This document shows positions 50,415 to 62,964 of a DNA stretch of 64,000 bases, piece by piece. This stretch comes from Ramazzottius varieornatus (Eukaryota; Animalia; Tardigrada): the NCBI GenBank assembly GCA_001949185.1, contig BDGG01000007.1, positions 1,136,730 to 1,200,729 on the forward strand. Reading direction: 5' to 3'. Each line of letters starts with the position of its first letter. Positions within the stretch are counted from its first letter, which is position 1. Position numbers and translations under genes: made by a program. The notes below the pieces were generated by a model that was not told where the DNA came from, made no database searches, and was given only the letters and a program-made list of their open reading frames with translations.

Positions 50415-53400
50415 TTCACTTCCCTCGTCCTCCCGTCCTCTCACCCCACTTCTAGCAGGCTCCTGGAGGTTTCGCGGACCACGTAAGGCTAGCCAGGTAC
50501 GTTTCTTGTACCTGGTGCTGTGGTCACAGAGTCTGCTGCGACGGGTATTCTTTCAGGTCCATCTGGTGTCAGCTCTCTCCCAATCAAGAATCAAGCAACC
50601 CCACTGGCATCAAATTTCCGCCTAAACAGCGGTGGCACCAAGGCTGTTTCTCACCACTCGTCCTTTGGTGGAAACATGGGGGAGCTTTTTGTGCATCATG
50701 CTATCCTGCAGGAAGCTCAGTTCTCCCTGCAGGTCTCCCTGTAAGTTTCCCTGTCGTTCAAGCACTATTCAGAGCCACCCCTTCGTTCTGTTGCTGTTTT
50801 CAGGCAACAACGGGGAAGATTGTTTTGTGGGTTCGGTCGTAGCAAAGAGGTAGGTTGCCCGTTGAACTCAAACTCACTCTGGCTATGGCAACAAGGAATG
50901 ACTTCAAGTGCGACTTGTGCGGGACTATCCTGTCAACAGCAGCATGGCTGGAAAGGTACAAGAACAACCAGACCTGCAGGAAGAAGGCAGTAAAACAGTC
51001 CAGCCAAGGGACTGTTTCGGCGGATGACGCTCAAGCTCGAGCTACGGTTCGGGGAAAGCTCCGAAGCACATTCCGTTCGGCCAGAACTCTACGCCGTATT
51101 CCAAAGGGTGCCAGATCGACTGCTGCTGCCGCTCTCTTGAAAGTCATCAGGGAATGTGTGCAGACAAACAGCCCGGAAACTTGGTGCGCGCTTCTAACCT
51201 TTCCGTCCACAGCATTTGCTCAGGCGGGCAAAGCTAGCAAAGGAGAGCAGTCGCTCACCTCAGTCGTCAAAGCCAACATTTCTCGTCCCCAAACCAGTGC
51301 AGTACCGCCGCTGAAACAGCATGCAAGGAAGAAACCTCCGGATGACGACGCCGCCATACGTAAGAGAGTAGAAGCCAAGTTGAATGAAGGCGACATCAGT
51401 GGAGCTGTTCGGACGTTAGCGTCAGAAGACTCGATAGCGCCGAGAAACACGAAAACGCTAGAGTCACTGATAAAGAAGCACCCAGCAGAGCAACCTGACG
51501 TCGATAACATGATCTTACCTGACGACCTGCCAGCGGCTAACATAGTCACGTCTGAAGAGATACGAAACGCCATCCTCAGCTTTCCGAATGGGTCGGCAGG
51601 TGGAGCAGACGGCCTACGCCCACAACACCTGAGAGATCTAACTTCAGGCCTGAGCGACGTCATGGCAGAGGAGATGCTGGAGGCGCTCGCGTCACTAGCG
51701 TCACTGTTGTTGAGCGGAAAGGTACCAGGGGAGGTCTGCCCCTTCCTGAAGGAGCGTCACTCATCGCTCTGACTAAGACGGCGGGATCCGTCACATTGCC
51801 GTCGGTTGCACTTTGCGACGCCTAGCAGGGACGGTGGTCAGCAAGCGAGTGATGCAACCGATGGGCGAACTGCTGCGGCCGGGGCAGGTCGGCTATGGCA
51901 CAAGGGGAGGTGCTGAAGCTGCAGTTCATTCGGCGCGCCTCTTCGTCACGCAGAATGAGAAAGATTGCAAGTTCTTCTCAAGCTAGACTTGAAGAACGCT
52001 TTTAACACTGTTTTTAGAGATAAACTGTTGTTAGAAGTTCAGAAATGCCTCCGACAATATTTCCTCTTCGTGTACCGGATGTACGGTCAACCATCAAACC
52101 TGTTCTACGGCCACCAGATTCTGTCGTCGGCCAGAGGCGTCCAACAAGGCGATCCCCTCGGACCACTCCTTTTCTGCCTAGTGACACGAGAACTCTCCAG
52201 ATCCCTCCAGTCGCCCAATTGTTGGTATCTGGATGATGCGACAGTTGGAGGGGATTTGGACATCTTCCTCGAAGACCTGCAGACGGTGATTGACCAGTGT
52301 GCCACCCTCGGCTTGGAGCTAAACATGTCCAAGTGTGAGATGTACATTTACGGAGGCAGCAAGAAAGAACAGGCGACCACAAAGTCCAATTTTCCCGAAG
52401 TTGGCTTTCCTGACGAATGCAGATCTGCTGCTTCTGGGTGCACCCATCCTGGAAGATGCTTTCCTTTCAATCTTCCAAGAAAAGACAGGACAAGCGGAAC
52501 TGATGGCAACGAGACTCGCGAAACACGGGACTCACCACGCCTTGTTCCTGCTAAAGAACGCGTTGTCCTTGCCAAAGCTTCTTTACATCTTACGTTGCAG
52601 CCCCGTCTGGAAGTTTTCTGCACTACTACGCAACTTCGACGAGGTTCTTCGAAGCAGTGTCGCCAGCATTACCAACGCCAAGATGACGGATTTAGTCTGG
52701 AGGCAAACTAGCTTACCAGTCGTAAAAAATGGCCTCGGCCTTCGCCCAGCAGAAGAGATAGCCCTTCCGGCCTATTTGGCCTCTATTTTTTCTGCGAAGC
52801 GTTTGGTAACGTCGATGGTCGCTGATTTCGACGTGGACAAGCTCTGTGCTGCCGAGCAGGCAGCGTGGGTTGAGCAGTCTGGTGTTGAACTGCCAATGCC
52901 TGAGCTGCGGGTCCACCAACGGTTGTGGGACCAGCCTATCGTTCAGAAGCACTTTTTCGCAGTCGTGGCTGCCTATTCTGAGTCGGAAGAAGAAACGGCT
53001 CGATTCCTCGCCGCTTCCACGACAGAGTCTGGTGCGTGGCTGAATGCGTTGCCGGCATCCTGTCCGGTCAACCTTCTCGACAACGACTCACTGCGCATTT
53101 CGATCGGTCTCAGGCTAGGAGCCCCGATCTGCGAACCTCACACATGTCGGTGCTCGGCTACGGTCGACATCCACGGGCGCCATGGTTTGAGCTGTAAGTA
53201 TTCCGCTGGCCGCCACAGCAGACACTTCTCCCTTAACGAGTCCTTGCGGTGTACTTTAGCCTCTTGTCAGGTCCAAGCCGTTCTGGAGCCGTCCTGCGGG
53301 ACGACTCTCAGAAAAGGCCAGACAGGATGACGCTGGTTCCTTGGAAGGAGGGCAAGGCGCTGGTGTGGGATGTGACCTGCGACGACTCTGTTTGCCAGAT

Positions 53401-53750
53401 CTATCGTAAGGGATCTGCGCAGAACGCGGGCTACGCAGCTAACAAGGCCGAGGAGAACAAACGTCTGAAGTACCAGAGACTTGAAGGCAGCTACTTCTTT
53501 TGTCCAGTTGGTTTCGAGACCTTCGGTCCTGCAGCTACCAGCCTCTTGACAGAGATAGAAAAACGAATGGCCCACCGAACCGGGACAAAGAGATCCTCGG
53601 AATTTTTGAGACAGAGAATTAGCATTGATATTCAGAGGGGTAACGCAGCCTGTGTTTTAGGCACGTTCCCTTTTCTCGCGGTTTGGATGAAATTTTTTAC
53701 ATTTTAAGTGTGAGTAGCAAGATAGTCTAGCGTGTTTTTGTTTTCTAGGC
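50415..53750 (+). mobile_element. CRE-clade non-LTR retrotransposon, second subfamily, frameshifted; coding ~50885-53707
   Basis: Same domain order as 37063-40551: CDLC finger, KLDLKNAFN, QQGDPLGP, WYLDD, CRC..GRHGLSC, RPD..WDVT, QRGNA. Several frameshifts. Ends approximate. Confidence 0.9.
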
Positions 53751-56575
53751 TAGACTCAAAACTTCAGCTCCTCCGTTTCTGTCCTTCTCCGATCGTTTCT
53801 GTCTTCGGCGTTCCGTTCCGGAGGAGCTAGATATCCGTGAAGACCGAATGAAGCAACGGTTTGGGAGTCGAAATCAGGGAGATAAACACAAAACATCGGA
53901 GAAAACCAAACTTCGCGAAAGTGAAATAGCGTAACCGCTAATCAAGAACCAAGTTTAATTTAGCTTCACCTCCCTGTCGGGAGAAATTGCAGAACTGTCC
54001 GTATATTTTCATGTTTGTACTAATGCGACTCCAACCCATCAGGTTTACCTCGGCAAACGCACAGCATCACTGAGAAGCCGCTGGTTGGTGCGGCGTTCTC
54101 AGAAGAAACGTTATTTGATTTTAATGTGGATAAGGCTCATCCGAACCGGGGAGCCAAACTGAACGACTTTCCACCCAAAATAATTCACGACATGTAGAAC
54201 TAATTGGACGACTTTTAATATTGGTAGTGCAACCCAGAAAAGTATCAAAGCGGTCGAAATCAGACAGTGTGACCGATCTCATGCTATCATTATCATTTAC
54301 GTCACTACCACGTTTTTACTTCCGTGCACGTTACTCCCGCTAAACTCCATCGTTGCACATTGGCAGCTTCGTTAACACCTCCCCGTTTACACCAATTAGA
54401 ACTCTGTACTCACAACAGGGGGATGAAAGCCAGGCTCGATCGAGATATACCGTCGGTGAAAATACACCGATGCTGGAAAGCGTCTCCAGGACACAGAACT
54501 GGACAATTCAGATCACCGACTCCGCTTTGCACTGAATTTTCGGCGAAATATGGACAAGCATCCAGAGCTCGTCTATATTTCACCGACAACTTGGACAAGT
54601 TTTGCTCTTGGTCCTGTGACTGATTGTCCATGTTCTTTTCGTATTTCCCATTCTTCCGGGTATCTTGGATATTGTTCGAAGCTTCTATAATGTTTTACAC
54701 GAGGAAACATTTCTAAAACGTTTCGAAAACCTTGATATATAACGAGATGGATCAAAGCTGGGATCACTACACAGCACAGGCAATTTCGAGCGAACATGTT
54801 GGTTGTTTCCGAGCAAACGAGTCCCTATCCAGAAATTACCAGCGGTGTGTCGTACTGAGGCAAAGTATTTTCCATTTTATACTTCGCCTCAGCTCCTACA
54901 TTCGCGGGGGGCTTTCAACGACTCAGCCGGAGCTGATACGAAGCTTAGTCGAAACTCAGTCGAAGTTCAGTCGTTGTTTTATTCAGAGCCCAGACGAAGC
55001 TTCCGAACAGCTGCCAGCCGAAGCTGAGGCGAAATTCTTCTTAGACAACAGCGTAAAAAAGTTTCGGTATCGAAAAAAATCCAAGCGAAAGCAACCCTAG
55101 TTTCTGGAAAAATAGAACACAGTAATTTCAAAACAGGACACTGAAATCAACAAACCAAAATCAAGCTCAAAGGATACCAGACGTCCAGGGAAACAGTGTC
55201 GCGTCGACAAAAGAAACACTAAAGAAAACACGGGAACGTTCTGCAGTTCAGCGAAGGGATACTCGTTGGCTCCGACGACGCTGACGGTGTTCCAGTCTTT
55301 ATTAGATGTTCCCATGTGCCGAATACGCGACCTACAACAAGCCTGTCGTTGAGCGAAGATCGTCTTATCATCAGGGGACTGGGAGCATCAGGCATTGACT
55401 TACCCGTGAGTCAGGTTGGGAGTTCCCTTTCCGGTTTTCTACACATCCTCCATCCATCCCCAAAGCACCCTGTAGAAACAAAGACGAGACGGTTTAGCTG
55501 TTAACAAGATAAACAGGATAGATTGCCACGTTCAACCAAGAAAACGATCCGGGTCGAAGCTTTGTCGGGTTGACAGGCTGTGTTGAACTGGGCACGGCCT
55601 TGTCCTGCACACATGTGTGCGCCCAAGACGCTGTTGATCACTCTAGACAATCAGCAATCAGCCGAACGAAATCCCCCCATTTTGTCTCAACCTGTCTCTA
55701 TCAGGTAAGCGGACACCCGGAGGAAATGAACCTTACAGTTATCGAACAATTGGCCGTTGGTAGGTCACTGTGCCACCTTCAATGCACGGAGGGATCTGCG
55801 TCCCTCCCTGCACTACATCGACATTACGCCTCCTATCACCTTCCGCCAGTTTGGAGCAAATGGTCGATCGTTCGCCACGTTTGTGGTGACGAACCCAGCG
55901 GCCAACACTGTCATGTACCGTTTGGAAAAGGATGCAGAAAAGTATAGCCGGGTTTTCTGTGCAATTATTGTACTCTGGTCTGAGCTGAGGTCAAAAGCAT
56001 GATTTACATCGATGGCATCTTGCAGGTCGCTGTTCATTTCTCCTCGTTTCGGCGTCATGGAGCCCGGTGACCATCGCCTCATCGTAGCCTACCTTTCGTC
56101 ATGCCGGCCGAAGGCCCTCATATCGAAGGAGCTGTCCCTCGTACTGAACGATAACGAAGACAGTGATGCCACATTCCCCGTCCAGTTTCGCGCTTTCAAC
56201 GACTCGGAGATACGCGTCACTATGGCCGACACCTTGATCTTTCCCGACACCTTTCTGAATTTGACGTCGCAGCTACCGTTTGAGCTATCTAGTGGTTCGG
56301 CGTTCCCTTTGAGGTACAAGTGGTACGTCCTCGATACGGTCGGACGGTACCTGCAAGTGTCGCCCTCTAGTGGACTTCTCATCAGCCATGATAGTCTGGA
56401 CTTTACCTTTACCTTCAAGCCGTATGCGGTACAGACGTATCAAACGGATTTGGTGTTGCGAGTGACGGCTCCTAACGCCAACTTTCTGTCACTTCGCCTG
56501 TCCGTCACGGCAAAAGGAACTCTCGGCCATTTGTCGGTAAGACACTCATCCCACACGTACAATAGGAAATTATAG

Positions 56576-56748
56576 TACAGTAAAAATTATGGGACAGGCG
56601 CAGAAGACGGCAACATGCTAAATCCGGCCGTAGAAAAGTGTCGAAAAGTGTGTTACTGTGAATCGGTCGCGTGCGTGCTTCCATACCGCCGTACCGAAAA
56701 GGCCTGTGCCATCCTTTTTACTGTCCCATAATTTCTCATCGTTAGTAT
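56576..56748. mobile_element. MITE relic (family of 35657-35834) in CFAP65 intron
   Basis: Shared GTAAAAATTATGGG and CCGTAGAAAAGTGTCGAAAAGTGT cores; mirrored TGTCCCATAATTT. Confidence 0.65.
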
Positions 56749-56884
56749 ACTTTAAATTATTATGAGCCATTCCAACTCTGTGAATGCAACGGTAAAATTA
56801 GACACATTTTAGAAATCACTTAAAAATCACTTGAGCTAAAAGCAGGTTGAAAGGAAGACTTTGACTTTGTAAAAGGAAAGATTG

Positions 56885-57334
56885 TTAATAGGATTGGCAT
56901 TTGCCTTGGGCCTTGAGCTGGTCAACGACGGCTTGGAAAGCGTCGTTGTCTGCTCGTTGTCTGGAGCTCCTGCAGTTTGCGTTGGTTTCGGCTGTGGGGC
57001 ATCGCAGGTGGGTCTTGTAGGTCCACTCCCACTTGCAGATTTGGGTGGCTCGTCGAAAACTGCAGGGCTGTCCGCAGACGGTGCCGTAGGCGGTGTTGCC
57101 GATGAGGCCAGAAACTTGTCCCAGTCCAAGGATCAGTCCAGCAGTGCTGATCGTCACCGCAAAGCTTCGGCTTGCCATGTTTGATGGATTTGCCATCTCT
57201 GGACTGTAGTCTCCTCCAACTCTACCATCCTCTTGTACAGCCACTGCGTTATGGACAGCGGCCTCGTTGTACCTGGCGAACGAGCTTCCAAACAGACATA
57301 CGGCCAGAAGAGCAGCGAGAAGCTTAGGGGCCAT
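56885..57334 (-). CDS. ALF: Anti-lipopolysaccharide factor (ALF)-like secreted protein, 149 aa, nested antisense in a CFAP65 intron
   Basis: Signal peptide MAPKLLAALLAVCLFGSSFA. GQPC-x20-CP loop (CSFRRATQICKWEWTYKTHLRCP) has ALF spacing and the W/Y/K pattern. Amphipathic C-terminal helix AFQAVVDQLKAQG. Confidence 0.78.
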   Translation of the reverse strand: MAPKLLAALLAVCLFGSSFARYNEAAVHNAVAVQEDGRVGGDYSPEMANPSNMASRSFAVTISTAGLILGLGQVSGLIGNTAYGTVCGQPCSFRRATQICKWEWTYKTHLRCPTAETNANCRSSRQRADNDAFQAVVDQLKAQGKCQSY

Positions 57335-57420
57335 GCTGCACAGACAGAACAAATGTCGAAACTATCCGATCTGGAAAGGCGAGTGGACACTGAATGTCTT
57401 TCAGGTTTTGGGGTAAAACG

Positions 57421-57427
57421 TTTTATA
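57421..57427 (-). promoter_or_regulatory. Candidate TATA box of the ALF-like gene
   Basis: TATAAAA on the minus strand ~90 bp upstream of the ATG. Confidence 0.4.
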
Positions 57428-57428
57428 C

Positions 57429-57756
57429 AGGCTTGACTTTATCTTATCCGTAATGTTCCGCTCAACTGACCCCGTAACAATGTCGAGCCAACAGGATCGG
57501 CTGGTTGATAGGCGCCTGACCGAACAACCAAGCGTGCGTTATCCCGATGTGGCGGACACAGCGCCCANNNNNNNNNNNNNNNNNNNNNNNNNNNNNNNNN
57601 NNNNNNNNNNNNNNNNNTGGGCGCTGTGTCCGCCACATCGGGATAACGCACGCTTGGTTGTTCGGTCAGGCGCCTATCAACCAGCCGATCCTGTTGGCTC
57701 GACATTGTTACGGGGGCAGTTGAGCGGAACATTACGGATAAGATAAAGTCAAGCCT
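57429..57756. repeat. Near-perfect palindrome (139 bp arms around a 49-N gap); foldback element or assembly artefact
   Basis: 57429-57567 is the reverse complement of 57617-57756 apart from about one difference. Confidence 0.8.
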
Positions 57757-58019
57757 AGTGTGTGTGCTACGCATGTTAGGCCAGCTACACTCAGTGCCAT
57801 GGGTCATCGTCAGGCCCGCTTGTTTCCGCTATTTCTGGTAAACCTCAACGACGGGAGTTTCAAATCGCTTGAAACTTTACGTACAGTTAGTTCAAACTAT
57901 TCATCTAGGAATGTTAAGACAAAGCAGGAAAGCTAAACTGGGAAAGAGAAAAACATTATTTTTCCAAATAGCTCTGAAAATTAGCCACCTAGGAAATCTT
58001 CTATTACCTCCCGATAAAA

Positions 58020-58931
58020 ATTATTTTCACAAAACTTTCTCGTTACGCGCCGGTATCTCAATACTTCGTTGGAAAGCCCCGGTTACCTTTCACCTTCTGA
58101 AGTCGGTTTGGAATGGATCGGACCAACTTTGCGCAGATTGCCGGATCCATCCCATACCAGATTTCCTTGACGGTTCCTTCCAGCTCTTCCAGGTTCGAAG
58201 GATGTCTTTCTTTCAGCTATTCCTTGACTTCAGACCACAAATGCTCGATAGGGTTGAGGTCCGGTGAATAGGGAGCCCACTCCAACACTTTAAGCTTCGT
58301 TTCAACGATCCAAGCTCGGGCAACGAAGGAAGTATGTTTGGGATCGTTGTCGTGCGGGTAATGCCATCCCTTCTTCAAATTCAGTTTTTTCGCCGACTGT
58401 AGCACGTTCTTGTCCATAATGTCTCGATACATGGGCCCATTCATATTTCCATTGATTACAGCCAAATTTCCCACACCTTTTGCGCTGAAACATCCCCAAA
58501 ACATCAGCCGACCGCCGCCATGCTTTACTGTTGGTACCGTGCAACTTGGCGCACATTCCTCACCCGGCTTTCTCCACACTCTCACCATTCCGTCCGACCC
58601 GAACAAGTTGATTTTGGTCTCGTCCGACCACAGCACGTTATCCCAAAAAGTTTGTGGCTTTTTCCCGTACCGCATGACGAATTTCAGACGCTTCATTCTG
58701 CTGGCATAGCACACCGGTCCGATCAATAATAGCCGTGGTCTTCCGAATCGGTCCCGGCCGCCGCTTCACCTCCGCTGATCCAGTCTTCTCGAACTTTTCG
58801 ATCATACTTCGAACTGTACTTCTTGGAAGACATGCTCGGCGAGCTATTTCACTGGCTCCCACGTGATTCCGATGGTGGTAAATCACAAGTTTTCGAATTT
58901 CAAGAGGGTGTTCAGATCTCGGGGGAGACAT
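58020..58931 (-). mobile_element. Tc1-family DD34E transposase, frameshifted
   Basis: HTH N-terminus, WSDETKINLFG, TVKHGGG.LMFWGCF, HDNDPKHTS, SPDLNPIEHLW. TIRs not identified. Confidence 0.9.
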
Positions 58932-59551
58932 TTCTAACGATCTTTTGCTAAAGTTTGAGAGAAAGAAATCGACTGTTCTAAACGCGTTAAAACACGTTCC
59001 GTACATCCTAATACATGCAGAAAAAATTTCACGTTGGGCAGACTTGTGGTCACTATGTTATTGATTTTTGGATTTCCGATGACGGTGAAGATGGGTATTA
59101 CCGATTCTGACAGTTTTTGGGTCTCCAAAGCAAAGCTACTGTTTTACTTGAATCTTTGGTTCTAATGTATATGCATCATGAAGAATGATGTTTTGCGAGT
59201 CAGGGGAAGAAACAATTTTGCATATCCGTCCGGAGGATCGGAACTGACACCAAGAATGGTGAAAATAAGCTGGCCAGACGATGACCCATGGCGCTGACTG
59301 TACTTCCGTGTATCGCTTGACAGCTAGCTATAGCGTGGTGGACGAGAAGGTGTGGTACGTGCCCACAATCGCCAATCTTTCGACTTGCTATGACAAACCT
59401 AGCATTAGAATCGTTTAAACGAGTGTGATCCATGGTGCCTCCAAGAGACTCTCAAAACGGGGCGACAGCTTTGTGCAGCTGGCAAACACAGAAGAACACT
59501 CTCCTTTCGGACATTAGGATACGGTCTTAGACAGTAACCATCAGTACTGTA

Positions 59552-59667
59552 CTGTATGCTCTCCCGAAATTCACGTACATCACTGACTCTCAAATCATTG
59601 GGGTCTTACCGTGACGAAAATACACTCTGAATGGACTGACGTACGTGAATTTCGGGAGAGTACACAG
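59552..59667. mobile_element. Short MITE
   Basis: ~31 bp TIR CTGTATGCTCTCCCGAAATTCACGTACATCA / TGACGTACGTGAATTTCGGGAGAGTACACAG; TA flanks. Confidence 0.75.
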
Positions 59668-59777
59668 TATTCCCTTGATAGTTCTGTTCAATCACGTGAC
59701 ATGTTCTCAAATGTCACGTGGCGGGGACAGAAAATATCTATTACCTTCAATCAAGGACTAATCGTTAATCAAGTGTA

Positions 59778-60403
59778 CGAGGTAAACGACATAATTCGGC
59801 CGCACCCGTTTTTGGGACATAATTCGGACGGCTGTTTTTTTCAGTAACTTCTGGATGGATTTTCATCGTGTATGATTTACGGATCTGGAAATATTTTTTC
59901 CTAAAGCTCTAAACGGTTCTGGAGAAGACCCGATGGTCAGAGGATGGAATACAGGTCTTCGAAGAGAGAAGGGTCGCGCTAATGCTAAAGAGCCTGCGAA
60001 ACTAAAATCAAGTAGGCCTCGTCGTCGCCGTTTCCATGAGTATCCTGCCCGTCACTCAGCTTGTTTTCAAGATTTCGAGCGTTGTGGACGGTATGAAACA
60101 ACTCTCTTACGAATTTCCGTTTGGTGACCGTGGTCTGATGCAATACCGCACTGCCAATTTTATAAAAGAGTGTTTTTTGATGTTGTAATCGCTTCCGGAA
60201 AAGTAGTTGTCGTGGGGGAAGAAGCTTTGCTCGATAGCCAGTGCGGTACCGTAAAACAGCGTTACCGCGAAACCGAAGTGTGGTACGGTCATGGGTGCGG
60301 TATTCGGCATACAGTAAAGTGCCACGTGCTGCCACCTTATACCGCAACACCGGCAGAATTATGTCCCAAAATCGGGTACGGCCGAATTATGTCGTTTACC
60401 TCG
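59778..60403. mobile_element. MITE (Tc1/mariner/pogo-type)
   Basis: ~48 bp TIR CGAGGTAAACGACATAATTCGGCCG.ACCCG.TTTTGGGACATAATTC; TA duplication. Confidence 0.85.
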
Positions 60404-62303
60404 TAGTGATGGGTGTCAATCAAACCATTAGTTATACCGGTGCTGTAGTCTACTGGCTGGATGACGTACTGTACTGCGCGGAACCATCGAGGGAAAACAG
60501 TACACCCACAACAAAATACAACATAGTTTAGGCACAAACAGAATTGGAATTACAATACCTGCGCCAAACTGAAATTTTTGTTGGATGCTCAAGCCGAACC
60601 AACAAGGGTTGATTGGCTGGATCCGACTGTTGAGTCGGCTTTCCTATTTCCAACAGATGCCCGCAACTGGATTTAATTTTCACAACGAATGTCGAAAGAC
60701 GCCGGTGACTTATACCTTCCAAATACGCAATGATAACAACTTCCGGATTCGTTGCCGCCTCACTGCTGATATTGTGCTGCCGGAAGGTTGCTCCCAGCGT
60801 GTTACTCTCTGCTCGGCCAGCGCCGATCCACACCCGCATTTTCACCACTCGGCGATACGGTATGTACTACAGTCAATATTATTACAACTGCCATTTTCAC
60901 GGGCTTTCAATGTCAAATACCTCTTTCCAGGATGTCGCGCGAGGACGATGTGTTTGATCTACCGGCTTCCACTCACGAAGATGTCAACTTGACCTTCTGG
61001 GCCGAACACTGCAGTACCAGCCAATACCACCTGTATTCGGAAGCCTTGTCCAGCCATCCTTCCATGCAAGTCAAGCGCATCGGAACGATCAAGCTTCAAG
61101 TCAGCCAGCCGATTTGCCAAGTGGTGGACCTGGTGGGCAGCGGTAGTATGCGAGTCTACGGAAAGGAACGCCTGTGGCGGCTGTTACACATCAGCCAGCT
61201 CAACAACCTCTTGGCCTTGCCTGCTGACGACCAGCAAGACCTACTGTCCAACGTCTTGAGCTACAAAGGCCGTACCGTCCTGCAGATCAAATGCTCTTCT
61301 CAGGTCGATATTTCACTAGGAGCGGCTGTTCTTGGCCAGGCTGGAACTGTCCGCTTGGCTCTGCACAATGACAGGGGACCAGTGTGTCATTGGAAAGTTG
61401 TGCATTTGACTGATCTGGAAATCAAAGTCAAGGAAATTTCACCCATATCCCAATTGCCGGAAGAATATGTAAGGCAAAGTCATGTCCACTTAAATTCATG
61501 GCCGTGCTTAACCTTGTACGTGTCGACAGCTAATTCTACGGAAGAAAAAGCTGATCAGCATTTCACCGTCGCACGGCTCCATCAGCGAAGGTTCCACGTC
61601 CACCATCGAGCTGCAGTGCAGCCATGCCCAAGTGGGCGAGTTTTTATTGCCCTTCTTCCTCCAGATCGATAAGGGCAAACTCATCCTGATTCGCGCATCT
61701 TGTCAAACTCTAGCACCAACCCAGGCCGGACTGGTGATCTGCCGCAACGAACTACGATTCTTCCCGTCACCTCTTTCTTCCAAGAACGTCCGCATTGAAA
61801 TGTGCGAAATGTACAACCCGACCCTGCACAAGATCAACTTTCAGGCCACTCTAAACCGACACAACAAGACGAGCGGCGAATCGGACTATGCGCAGGGGAC
61901 CAACAAGGATAAAACCCATCAAGAGTTGCACCAAGTTCAGGATGACGTCTTTCACATTTTGAACTGGAAAGGACAGATTGGACCGCAGTCCTTCGCTGTC
62001 ATAGCATTCACCTTCAAGCCACAGCACTTGACTTTTTCGGAGGTAAGAACGAAGAACGAAGAAAGCGGGTTTAGCTCTCGTTGAAACTGATGACAAAAGT
62101 TCAATATTTAACAGAGGCACTGCACGATCAAAATCCACAACGAGCGAGAGTACGTTGTCAGGCTGTGCGGCAAAGGCTGTTCATTGAAACACTTCGTGAA
62201 GACGGCGCCAACAGTTGAGCCTTCCATCCAGCCGGTGGTTGACTGGCTTCTTCCCGAAACCAACGTAGGCAGGCCTTTATGGCCAATCATCCTCATTGCG
62301 CTA

Positions 62304-62964
62304 AACTCTGTTTCATCTACCGAAGGGTGGTACTTTTAGCCTCCTGGCCAACCCATCCAACAGTTTTCATGGATTCTTTTACGGTTATAGTTCTTAGTTC
62401 GCGAGGCGGGTCAACTTGGCCGTTTTAGAAAGTTAAGATCAGCTTTCGATCATCCCGTTACGGGGGAAGATCAGCTGATCGGATCTCTGATCCTCAGTAT
62501 GTACGATCCACCACACAGTCGTACGCGTGAATCCGTCCCGGGTAGTGAGCACGCGGCAGACCGGACAATCAACGGTCAGCTGCCAATCAGTCGAGCATGA
62601 ATGTGCAGTATCACACACGGTTAGCCTAGCGTGTCATTGATTACCTGATTATGTACTCATGGCGCAGATTTGTTCGACTGCTTGGCAGCTGACCGTTGAT
62701 TGGCCGGTCTGCCGCGTGCTCACTACCCGGGACGGATTCACGCGTACGACTGTGTGGTGGATCGTACATACTGAGGATCAGAGATCCGATCAGCTGATCT
62801 TCCCCCGTAACGGGATGATCGAAAGCTGATCTTAACTTTCTAAAACGGCCAAGTTGACCCGTCTCGCGAACGAAGAACTATAACCGTAAAAGAATCCCTG
62901 AAAACTGTTGGATGGGTTGGCCAGGAGGCTAAAAGTACCACCCATCGGTAGATGAAACAGAGCT
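62304..62964. mobile_element. Foldback MITE with ~300 bp arms in a CFAP65 intron
   Basis: Near-perfect inverted arms, ~55 bp spacer, TA flanks. Second copy at 379-701. Confidence 0.92.
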
